Positions 49,034 through 59,100 of a stretch of DNA of 64,000 nt are shown piece by piece. The position numbers and the translations under genes were made by a program. This DNA comes from Podarcis pityusensis (Eukaryota), in NCBI GenBank assembly GCA_964106645.2, contig OZ067039.1; one strand, written 5' to 3'. Within the stretch, counting starts at the first letter, position 1; every line of letters starts with the position of its first letter. The notes under the pieces are model-generated. The model did not search any database. It was given only the letters and a program-made list of their open reading frames with translations, and had not been told where the DNA came from.

Positions 49034-49820
49034 TAATAGGTTAATATGTATTGGTAGTTAATACGTAGTAAAACATCTTATTTTGATTTCACACACTTTC
49101 CTGCAGATTTCAATTACCATTCTCACATTACTCATCAATACAGGGAAATACTCTTCTTGTATGTAATCTGTCTATATTATTGGACAACAGGGTCCTTTGC
49201 AGCTGTTCACTGAATTCTTTGAATCAACTATATCTATTCTGACATGCTGGCGCGGTTACTGACGGCAGGTCCTGCTTTGATCCAGATCTGAACTACTGTC
49301 TGCTTGAAGGTCCTGGAGGCAAAGAGCAGTTTTTGGCTCTTCCAGGAATCTCTAGTAAGTAGCACAGTCTTTCCTTTAGACCCAAACTCAGGGGTAATGA
49401 GAGCATTTAAAGGAAAGCAGGGAGGCACAGGTTTGACATACCTTGCACAGGACTCTGCCTGAATATTAACAGAGGGCAGAGCTCTGATGTTGCCTCAGCA
49501 CCAGTCAAATTGAGGCTGAGCCCTGTATCAATCAATAGATTTTATTGCATTAGCCGTGTGGCCATAGCATGATATACATTGAAATAACAACATGAAATGG
49601 GGGTGGGGAGGTAAAGGTAGATATCTTCCTGGGCGAATACTTAAAGAAAGAGGGGGGGAAAGGGGGGGTTACTAAAGCGACAGGGGATTTAAAACATTGA
49701 GCGACAGATAATACAGAAACAAACAAACAAAAAAAAAACTGCTGAAGCTGGAGGAGGACCGTTAAAGGGTCCTTCAGCTCCTCAGATTTATCCTAACTCC
49801 ATTGTCCTTGTACAATAAGA

Positions 49821-52800
49821 CTACTTGGAACTTCGTTCGATTGTGCGGCGTATCGACTGCAGCTGTGGTGTTAAGGAAGAAGTTAGTGCCGCTTTTCTCT
49901 TCATCACACTAAGCAGGAAGTTAGCTGTCATCTCGGTAATCCAACAATCAGAATCCTGCAAAAGGAGGGACACTATCCAAGGCTGGATTGGGAGATGGAG
50001 CTTATTCACGAGGGGAGTTAAAAACCGAGATCTTTCATCTGTCCAGTTAGGACAGAAGAGCATTACATGTTCCATAGTCTCCAGGGCCGTGTCGTTACAG
50101 GTGCATGTTCTATTTGCGATGGGAACTCTGGAATAACGACCCGACAGAACTGCTGTAGGAAAACAGTTGAGACGGGCACAGGTAAAGGCCCTTCGCTTAG
50201 CCTCCGAAGAAATTGTGAAGCAGTATAGAGGAATCCCTTCAGGGGGTGGAATAGCTAGGGCTAGGCCTGAACACGGTCCTCTTGCACAAGAAGCTGTGTT
50301 AGAGAAGTCAAGTTGCTGTAGTTTCTTTTTAATTGGAGGTAGGGCCACCGGGCTGATACACTCTAAGTTAAGAACAGTTTTACAATTCAAATTGAGAAGA
50401 GAGCGGAATTTGAGGTTAATTGTAGTTTTCCAAGGGGAATTATGAATATCTCTTAGGATCAGATTGGAAAAACCACCTCTAATTCGAGCATCCGATGCTA
50501 ATAGGTGGAAGCTGTAGGAAATGGCTCGACTCCATGCTCGTTTAACAATTGAGGGCTGGGCGAACTCGAGTCGTAGGGCTGCACCTGAGACACATCTCGG
50601 GACGCCGGAAAGAGATCTCAGAAACATATGAAGTGGGCGGTCCAAGTTACCTGATATTGCTGTAGTCCATACTTCGCATCCATATAATAATTTAGGGACA
50701 ACTTTGGCATTAAATATTTGAATTGCTGCTGGAAGGTGTTTGCCGCCCTTCTGGTGGTAAAATCGGACAATGGCGTTAGAGGTCGTGGTTGCAGCGAGAA
50801 AGGCAGATTGTAGATGGGTGGTCCAGGAGAGATTATAAGTGAAAATTAAGCCTAGATATTTAAAGGCTTTTACCTTTTCTAAGTAGCCACCTGTGATCTT
50901 AAGCGGCTCCAACTTGAGTTTGCGGGAACGAGTGAAGTGGAGGACTTTCGATTTTTTATAATTAATATTAAGAGCTTCCGCCTTACAATAGGCGATAAAT
51001 GCATTAACTGCATTTGCTAGGTCCGCAGCTGTTCTGGATAAGATGACGGCATCATCAGCATAGAAAAGGGAAGCAACGGGGTGGCCTGCTAAGTGAGGAG
51101 GATACTTAGATGCTAGCTTCAAAGTGGAAATTGCATCATGAAGATAGAGATTAAACAGTAGAGGGGCCAAGAGACAACCTTGTCGGACACCCTTGGCCGT
51201 TGGAAATGGAGTAGTGAGGGAGCCGTTGGGACCACTTCGGACGCGAGCTGTGGTGTTTGAATAAAGGGAAATAATTAGGGAGAGGAGGTGCGGATCAATT
51301 CCCAGATGGGCAAGTTTGGACCATAATCTCTGCCTAGGAATGGAATCAAAGGCGGCCTCCAGGTCCATGAAAGCGGCAAATAGGTGGCCTTGCCTTGGTG
51401 CAGTGTATTTACTGGCCAGGTGATAGAGAGTTAGACAGTGGTCCATGGTTGATGCTGACTTTCGGAAACCAATCTGTTCTAGCGGTAGAATGTTCCTCTC
51501 CTGGACCCATGAGAGAAGTTCCTCCAGTAAAACAGCGGCAAATATTTTCCCCGGGATGGATAATAAACTGATGGGGCGATAGTTCCTAGGGATGTTTGGC
51601 TGGCCGCCTTTGAAGATCGGAACTATTATAGCTTCTCTCCAGGAGTCGGGGATGTCTAGGGCGGAGGAGATGGCGGTGAATACAGGAGTCAGGTGTTCGC
51701 TCCACCAAAGAGGATCAGACAGGAAAAGGTCCAACGGGACCATGTCTGGGCCGGGGGCCTTATTCCTTCGCATTGACATTATGATGTTGAAAATGCGAGT
51801 TGAAGTAAAGTTTATTGATGAAGTGGGACTAAGAGAGCAGGAACAGAGGTCCGACGGGGGTTGAAGGAGATCTGTAAGATGATTTGGAGAAGCGAAGCTG
51901 GTTGAATAGTAGGCAATCCATTCATCAGCGGAAATCTGGGTAGCTGGATTGAATGGTGCCGAAGGTCTAACTAAGCGCCAGAAGGAGCGGGAGTCATGCC
52001 TCTCTACAGCCGAACGAAGAGTGGACCAAGCCTCAAGGATGTGCTGCTGTTTCTTGCAATGAATCATGTTTCTGTATGTCCTTTTAATATCTATGAGCTT
52101 TGCACGGGTTTGGGGGTCGTTGGAAAATTTGATGATTCTGACCATTTTCCTAATTCGCCTTCTTAGGGCTTTACATTCCTTGTCAAACCAAGGCGATTCA
52201 GAGAAGAGGCGTTGGTGAGTAGGCGAGGCGGTGGTTATGTAAGTTGTTGAGAAAGCATCAAGTAGTTTCCCGTATTGATCAGCGGGCAGGATTGGGTCAG
52301 AGGGAACTGCAGACATATCAAATGATTTTTGTATGTCCAGGGCAAGAGAGGAGCTGAGGCTTGTCCATTTCTTTGTTTTGTATACAGGGTGGCTTTGTAC
52401 CGTGGTTCTATAGTTTGAGGGGACTGAAATTGGCTCTATTAGGTTTAACAATAGAGTCAGTGGAAGGTGGTCACCACCAAAATATTCAGCCACTTCCATT
52501 TTTGTAGAAATTGAGAATAGCTCCGGCGTCAGTAAAATGTAGTCGACAACACTGGTTCCCCGGGAAGTGATGCACGTTAATTGCTGCGAGGACAAGGGAG
52601 TAATGTTACCATTCGCGATGCAGAGATCGTTTTCCATGGCCAATTGGGCCATCAGCCTCCCCGACGCATTTGTTATAGGATCAAGAGAGCATCTGTTTCC
52701 CCAGGGGGGCTGCAGGGGATTGTCCAGGAGTGCTGCGGGAGATACTATATCATCGTCGTTGGGACCTATTCTTGCATTAAAGTCGCCTAAGAGGATTTGA

Positions 52801-53249
52801 GGAAGTCCTGGGTTAGTTGTTTGAAGATCATGAAGCCAAGACGAAAGTTCAGACCACCTTTCATTGCGGTCGAAATCATTAATTGCTGGGGGCAGATATA
52901 CTGTAGTTATCAACCATGGGCTTTTGGTCTTTGGGAGATGGATCTTTATAGTGAGAAAGTAAGGGGAAGATTTAATTTCCTCGCAAACAGTGAGGGATAA
53001 GCTGGTTGAAATAAGACAGGCGAGGCCAACTTGGGGGCGACCCCTGTTGGTTAGTTTACGAGCACAGGAGCTAAAGGAGCAATAGTTTGGGAGAGCGATA
53101 CTTTGTTGGGACCAGGTCTCTTGGAGGCACACAATGTCGAAAGAAGAGATGAAATTCATTGCTTCAGGATCCATTTGCTTTGTCGCCCAGCCGTTAACAT
53201 TCCAGGAGACAATTTTAAGGCTCTGGGATGGGTTGGGTGCATCTTTCAA
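49821..53249 (-). CDS. ORF2: APE endonuclease, reverse transcriptase and C-terminal CCHC finger
   Basis: Motifs IVSWNVNG, VCLQETW, GDFNARIG, SVVDYI, GDHLP, PWFDKEC, NYRPISLL, QIGFR, KGVRQGCLLAP, FYADD and CTCNDTALETMEHVMLFC. The listed start codon is TTG, and the frame stays open upstream to the ORF1 stop. Confidence 0.95.
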   Translation of the reverse strand: MKDAPNPSQSLKIVSWNVNGWATKQMDPEAMNFISSFDIVCLQETWSQQSIALPNYCSFSSCARKLTNRGRPQVGLACLISTSLSLTVCEEIKSSPYFLTIKIHLPKTKSPWLITTVYLPPAINDFDRNERWSELSSWLHDLQTTNPGLPQILLGDFNARIGPNDDDIVSPAALLDNPLQPPWGNRCSLDPITNASGRLMAQLAMENDLCIANGNITPLSSQQLTCITSRGTSVVDYILLTPELFSISTKMEVAEYFGGDHLPLTLLLNLIEPISVPSNYRTTVQSHPVYKTKKWTSLSSSLALDIQKSFDMSAVPSDPILPADQYGKLLDAFSTTYITTASPTHQRLFSESPWFDKECKALRRRIRKMVRIIKFSNDPQTRAKLIDIKRTYRNMIHCKKQQHILEAWSTLRSAVERHDSRSFWRLVRPSAPFNPATQISADEWIAYYSTSFASPNHLTDLLQPPSDLCSCSLSPTSSINFTSTRIFNIIMSMRRNKAPGPDMVPLDLFLSDPLWWSEHLTPVFTAISSALDIPDSWREAIIVPIFKGGQPNIPRNYRPISLLSIPGKIFAAVLLEELLSWVQERNILPLEQIGFRKSASTMDHCLTLYHLASKYTAPRQGHLFAAFMDLEAAFDSIPRQRLWSKLAHLGIDPHLLSLIISLYSNTTARVRSGPNGSLTTPFPTAKGVRQGCLLAPLLFNLYLHDAISTLKLASKYPPHLAGHPVASLFYADDAVILSRTAADLANAVNAFIAYCKAEALNINYKKSKVLHFTRSRKLKLEPLKITGGYLEKVKAFKYLGLIFTYNLSWTTHLQSAFLAATTTSNAIVRFYHQKGGKHLPAAIQIFNAKVVPKLLYGCEVWTTAISGNLDRPLHMFLRSLSGVPRCVSGAALRLEFAQPSIVKRAWSRAISYSFHLLASDARIRGGFSNLILRDIHNSPWKTTINLKFRSLLNLNCKTVLNLECISPVALPPIKKKLQQLDFSNTASCARGPCSGLALAIPPPEGIPLYCFTISSEAKRRAFTCARLNCFPTAVLSGRYSRVPIANRTCTCNDTALETMEHVMLFCPNWTDERSRFLTPLVNKLHLPIQPWIVSLLLQDSDCWITEMTANFLLSVMKRKAALTSSLTPQLQSIRRTIERSSK

Positions 53250-53366
53250 GGAAAGAACTGCTTTTGCTTGATTTGTGAGTGAGGGTTGAGTCTGTTCATA
53301 TCTAATGATGTCAGATTTCCGCGGAGATAGGGAGCCGGCTGGTGTTTGTCTCTGGTCTAATCTTTG

Positions 53367-55415
53367 TCAATTATTTCCCAAGGTGCTTTTAGGGATTACT
53401 CTTTTATGAGCCGGCCCATTGCTCTCCATACATGGCAGACTAGCCAAGTGTTCTATAGTTTCGGCTGTTAACTGTTTAATACTGACATTAGTGGTCACCG
53501 GGCCTTTGAAGTGTGTTATCTCTTTCCGTAGGTATTTTTCCGGTACCTGATTGTGGCCTAACTCTGCCTCATCCAGGTACCTCAGCTTGTCCCAAGAGCC
53601 TGGTGAGTTCACCTTAGGGATGGTTCTCCTTATTGGAGGTGGTGTAGTGTTCTCTTCAGTGTGCTGGGCTTCCTTAATTGGGGGTAGGTTAATCTCAGCC
53701 ATTGTCTGAAGGTAACATGGCCGACAGGCCGCTGGGTTTTGTTCTTGTATAGGGTTCAAATTAAAGGAAGTCTGGTCCTTTTTATGGGCATCCACATTGA
53801 TCTCCCCATTTATATCTCTCCCAGCCAGCTTAACTCTTAGCATATCCAATCTTTCTAATATTTCAGTCCGTATTGGGGATGGAAAATGGCAAAATTGCCT
53901 AATTAAGGTATTTTCCTCCACGGAGAAAAGATCCTCATCTTCATTCTCTTGAAGTTGCAGGTCTTGCAGGTGGGCATCTTTCCTTTTTAGTTTTTGAAGC
54001 TCTTGTTTCTGGAGACCAGGTCGGGTTTTGGGAGGTTGTTTCTCCTTACTAGGGTTTGCGTGCTTAGCTTCCAGAAGGGGATTCAGTGGTGCCTTGTTTT
54101 CAAAAAATCTGAGAATTTTTATCTGGGCCTTTAGGAATATATATCTTGATCTGTAGATAAACTTGGCCAGGTTCTGGTCTCTAAATGTGATCATTGCTCT
54201 CACTGAACAACCATCATGATGCAAATAATCTACAGAAATAATGTCATATGGCTTTACTGCTCCTGGCAATATATCATTCAGAATGTTCAAAGAGCTCATT
54301 CTTCGATCTTTCCCTGTAAGGAAGCCCTTTGATTTTGGGAAGTTTGTAAATACCAATTTTTGGGGATTTAAAATCAGGTTCCAACATCTTGCCTGAGTAA
54401 AGGTTTGCCCATCTTGTATAGTGTTGTCATCGCGATTGGGCGTTGCATCGTCCCCCTTTCCCGATTTGCTAAGCGGTTTGCTGCCTTCATTATTAGGGAC
54501 CACTTCTCCCCCAGAATCTGGCTCACTGAGTGAACTGTTACCAGAGCTCTGGGATGTTGCTTCCATCCTCCCATTTAGTTCTAAACTCTGGTTCAGAGAT
54601 GCCACCTTAGCCATTAGCTTTGGCGTTGCCTTCTTTTTCCCCTTCCTGCCTTTCTCTTTTTTATCTCGTGCAGCAGATTTATTTGAGTCCAATGGGAGTA
54701 GATTAAATAATTTCTGCCATTGTTTATGTCGGCTTATCTTTATTTTCCTTGTTGTTTTAATGTTCTTAGTTTTCTTTTCCCGGGCTTTTGGTCTATTTTT
54801 TTGCAGTTTCTTGGTTGTTACTGCTTGTCTCATCTTCACTGGTTCATCTGGGTTATGCACAAGTTCATCTGGTTTATGTACTTGGGGTGCATCAGTTGCT
54901 GTTGTCTCTTTTGGTTGGGGAATAAAATTTTCCACAAGGGACAGCAATAACCCATTTGTTATTGTCAAGTAATTTTTTATGTTGGAGAGGTCTGTATTTA
55001 TATCTTGGAAGTGGGCCTGAAAATGGCCATCACTCAGTTCAGTTTGAGTATATTTGGAAGTGGGCGCCTGGTCTTGGTGGCATGTTGTTAATTCTGCTGG
55101 GGGCCGCTGATTATAGGCGACAGAAATATTTTCCTCAAGTTTCTCAGCTAGAGCTAGCTCTTGCGCCAGGCTTCTTGGGGGATTTATGTTTCCAGAGTTT
55201 TGTTGAAGCTCTTTGAAGTAATGTGACCGGTCAAGATAGGTAAGGGGGAGAGGAGTGACTTCATCAATAATTGGTTCAATTTGTTCACTCATGCATTCCT
55301 CCCTCTTGGGGAAGTAATTTATAATTTTACTTTGTCTCTTTCCAGGTCCCGGGGGGCTAAGTGGCGTATCTGGCAAAATACCCAACTCCTTACATATCTT
55401 TCTGGTGAGGACCAT
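53367..55415 (-). CDS. ORF1: putative RNA-binding/chaperone protein (682 aa from MVLTRK)
   Basis: Long intact ORF upstream of ORF2, with the first ATG at 55415. It has a coiled-coil-like segment (DINTDLSNIKNYL), Lys-rich tracts and an RRM-like segment (LVFTNFP...RAMITF). Domain calls are inferred. Confidence 0.85.
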   Translation of the reverse strand: MVLTRKICKELGILPDTPLSPPGPGKRQSKIINYFPKREECMSEQIEPIIDEVTPLPLTYLDRSHYFKELQQNSGNINPPRSLAQELALAEKLEENISVAYNQRPPAELTTCHQDQAPTSKYTQTELSDGHFQAHFQDINTDLSNIKNYLTITNGLLLSLVENFIPQPKETTATDAPQVHKPDELVHNPDEPVKMRQAVTTKKLQKNRPKAREKKTKNIKTTRKIKISRHKQWQKLFNLLPLDSNKSAARDKKEKGRKGKKKATPKLMAKVASLNQSLELNGRMEATSQSSGNSSLSEPDSGGEVVPNNEGSKPLSKSGKGDDATPNRDDNTIQDGQTFTQARCWNLILNPQKLVFTNFPKSKGFLTGKDRRMSSLNILNDILPGAVKPYDIISVDYLHHDGCSVRAMITFRDQNLAKFIYRSRYIFLKAQIKILRFFENKAPLNPLLEAKHANPSKEKQPPKTRPGLQKQELQKLKRKDAHLQDLQLQENEDEDLFSVEENTLIRQFCHFPSPIRTEILERLDMLRVKLAGRDINGEINVDAHKKDQTSFNLNPIQEQNPAACRPCYLQTMAEINLPPIKEAQHTEENTTPPPIRRTIPKVNSPGSWDKLRYLDEAELGHNQVPEKYLRKEITHFKGPVTTNVSIKQLTAETIEHLASLPCMESNGPAHKRVIPKSTLGNN

Positions 55416-55980
55416 GTTGGGTAGTTGTCTTCCTATTAGAAAGCCAGTTGTCCCCCAGTGTTTCTGCCTAATTAGCAGGGCCAATGGATGAATAGAGGTG
55501 TATCTGCAGCTTTCTCCTGCTTAGCTCATCAGCGAGCACTGATTCTCATATGTTTCTTTGGTGGAGCTGGAAGAGGGAGGAAGGGAGGAAGGTTTGAGAG
55601 CTCTTCCGTCAGCTCCCAGTGTCCTTTTACTGATAAAAGCTGATAGAAGCTGGGGGTTAATTGATATAAGGTGAAGGATGGTAATTATTTTCCAAGCCGA
55701 GCCTCTTTATCAGCCTGATTTGCTGAAGACGGTCTTACTCACTCAGATGGAACTCAGACGGGACTCGAAGAGGACTTGCTTCAACCCTTTTTTCGGTGTT
55801 TCCGATCACCCACCTTGAGTTTTTCCCTTTCCAGTGACGGGGGTCCCTTCACGGCAGGGGAGTCAGGCCAGACCTCTTCCCTTCCCCACTCACTCGTTTC
55901 AGAAGATTACTCAGCTCCACAGCAGTAAATGCACAGCGGGGGTGCGGCAAGGCAGCAAGGCTGAAGCTCGAAGCAGGTGA

Positions 55981-56121
55981 TAAAACAATAAAGCAATAAA
56001 AGCCCAGAGGGGTTAAAAAAAAAACTACTTAGAACTACTTAAAACTTAGTCTAAAACAATAAAACAATAAAAGCCCAGTGGGGGTTAAAATAACTACTTA
56101 AAACTACTTAAGACTTAATCT
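55981..56121. repeat. About 70-bp tandem duplication in the RTEX-like 5' UTR
   Basis: TAAAACAATAAAGCAATAAAAGCCCAGAGGGGTTAAAA...ACTTAGTC is repeated, with substitutions, starting at about 56052. Confidence 0.85.
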
Positions 56122-56155
56122 AAAAGCAGACGAAGTTAACTAGGCTGCTGCCTTC

Positions 56156-56166
56156 GCCGCCATCTT
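56156..56166 (-). promoter_or_regulatory. YY1-like motif of an internal promoter
   Basis: AAGATGGCGGC begins at +14 of the TSD-defined 5' end. Confidence 0.65.
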
Positions 56167-59100
56167 GTGTGCGTTTCATCCCTGTATATAGGAGGATGAG
56201 CTGCATTCTAACAGAAAGCTGTGCCTTCATTGAAAGGTGCTTCTTCATATAATGGGGTCATATCCACTCCAGCAGTCTTTTACTCCAACAGAGCCATGGA
56301 GGAAACTACGGCCACACTGGGACTTCTGTGCTAGTCCTCCAAGTGTGACGGTGGCAGAGAGGCCCGAGAGGCACCGGCACCACAGATTTGTTTTGTGGAA
56401 GTGATTCTGGAGCTGACCCAGCTTGTCACTCCCCTTCTGATTCAGAGTCCTCAGCTTCATCCTCTGCAGAAAAGGGATCTGACACCAGGTTCATGATAGA
56501 AGATGCATGCTATCAAAATGGTTCTGTAAAATATATTTATTTTTACTCTCTGTTAGGATTGGGCTGGTAAGCTCACTCACTCATAGCGCTAAAGGCAGAT
56601 GGAAGGCATCCCTTGCAGGCAAGGCACTGAAATACCCACAACTTACATTTCTTTCCCTTGTGTTTTGGTTCTGTTCTTGTCATCCGCCATACCTAACCAG
56701 CAATGTAGCATAATGTTCAGATTCAAAAAAATATCAGAGCTGGCTGACTCCACCCACTCCCCCTCGCCGCCACCACCACCCCTCAATCTCAGGTTTAAAA
56801 TTGGCACTCTCCATCAGAAGCTTTCTAATACCAAGCTACCATGAGAGATTTCCAGTGCTGAGAGGTATTGCTTTCTGTGGCCATCATAACTAAAATCCAA
56901 AAGCAATGAGCACCCTGTGTGGATCTGTAATTGCTACCTTATGTGGTCCCTGAGGTCCTAGTTTCAGCAAAGCAGCCATGTGTGCTACAGTCCATTTGCA
57001 AGCTCTTGGAATTGGATTATAGACTCATAAATTTGCCGCATGTTGTGTACACTCTCACTGAAACCCCAGAAGACCAGTTGAGTGTAAAGGCATTCCAGAT
57101 GGGAATTTAAACGCTAAATTTCATGTCATATTATTTAACAGGTTAGTTTTTATCCCTCATTTACTTGCCATCTGTCATTACTTCAGTTTCCCAGCAAGAC
57201 TGCCTGGGTCATGCACAAGCTTTTGAAAGCAGAAGAAAATTAATACTAATATCATCCTTGCTCATAAAATGCTGTATTTAAAAATAAAATTTGAAATTAT
57301 ACAGATGTCGTAACTACTGAACATTTTAATCAGGATATCATTTGCTTTAATGCTGGGAAGCCTTAAATTATAGTTTCTGGTAACATGTTCTCATATATTG
57401 TATTTAAAATCTAAGGACAAGTTATCGGTCAGGTTCGCACTTTGGTTGTATCCTGTAGCATCTTTTTACTAGTGGAGCCTTCTGTTAGAAGAGGGAGGGG
57501 AACATTATTATTATTATTAGATGATGATAATGATGATGATGATGATGATTTGCCAATTCCCTGTGAACCTGTGAAGACTTTGCACACACCCAAACCCAAA
57601 TTCACTTTAGGGGGTTGGGATTTCTCCTGGAATATTGTGGGAGCTGATGCAGGAGAAGAGGAACAGCAAAAATTACCTCTTTACTATTCTGCTCACAGAA
57701 CCCTCCACAGGATTAATATTACTGATTATTGCTTAATGATAAAGATAATCCCATTCCACCCACAAATGAGAATAAAATCCTTTTGCACATGATAAAATAC
57801 ATATTTTGTGGGAAGAAAATAGGGATCTGGGAGCGTAATGCAGGTTGACAGAGTGGCACTGCAATTTTTATTTATTGTCATCCTAGTCATTTAAAAAAAA
57901 AACACAACACCTCTGTGGAAGGTCCATTATGCCCCAAATGCATTACATATTAATAAAAAGTGCATTGCCTTTCAGTATCTTTGAGACCGGGTATCATTTT
58001 TTTGCCATAATGTTTACATCTGTTAATTTATGTGAGAGCCCGATTTAAAATTCAAATCACAAAAATTCTGAAGAAATTCATAATATTGAAACTAATACTG
58101 AATGTGAAGTGTTAAATCCTGCTTTCCATTATACCAAGGGATAGACAGACCTATTAAAACCCAGTATTTACAGGGGCAGCCATTGCACAATTCCCCTGAG
58201 AGCATTGGAATGACATCAAGTTCTTTCATTCCTGGGGCCACTTGCTTTTGTTGCTCTGTGCTGGCAAGGAGTTCCATGCACTAACCACTCCAGGTGCCCT
58301 ATTCTGAAAAGTTTAAAGGAATAAAACATATTTAGAGGTATGGAGGCAGTGCATAACCTTCATACTTCCTGACAGAGGAATTGGCTTAACTGTGAAATCT
58401 GAAGTGGACCAGTGATCTAATTTGCTTGGATCAAATCAGGTGAGCTTGGAATTTAGGAATCTGAGTTTGGCAGATTCTTCCCTTATTCCTAATTGTACCG
58501 AAGATGAGGAATAAAATATAGCATGTTTATATGAGAACTGCAAGCTTTAATCAGTAGATTAATCAATTAATTTTTAAAGGCCAATTTTAATCAGTGAAAG
58601 CAATTTGTAATTGGGGAACTGAGAGTGCTACTGTTATACAGAATGGAAAGAATGTTACAGATGATATATCCTTATTCTAACAATGAGAGATAGCTTGTAT
58701 TTGTTAATTTGCACATTGTTTCATGCAACCTTCAATAAATATCACAAATGCTACCTATACAGAGAATTTGATAGCATGCGTTTTAATTAAATGTACACAT
58801 TAGTTTTAAAGGTGCATCATTAACTATGATACATAGGTATCAGTGAACAGTCTTAATCTACATGAATTAGTAGGTTTCTGCACAGGGAGCCTACAGATGG
58901 GTTTGGGTTCTTATGGTTTCTAGATTTAATGATTTGGGGCTCCACCACCACCACCTCTTCATTGGATGAAGAGATTACATTTCCCTCTATTTATGACATT
59001 TGAAATCTGTGCATAACCACACATTTAATACAGCATTTAATATAGCGTGGATAAATGCACTGGAATAACCAACAGTTGTGAATTCACAACATTGTTTCCT

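Larger units (their letters stand above)
49529..56179 (-). mobile_element. Full-length two-ORF non-LTR retrotransposon, RTEX-like
   Basis: TSD CCCTGTAT at 49521-49528 and 56180-56187. The minus-strand 3' end is AATAAAATCT(ATTG)2. ORF1 and ORF2 are intact, and the 5' UTR is about 760 bp. Confidence 0.88.

Noticed and set aside
55416-55484. ORF1 N-terminal extension MALLIRQ...
   Set aside because: It starts at TTG. The first ATG is at 55415 (MVLTRK).
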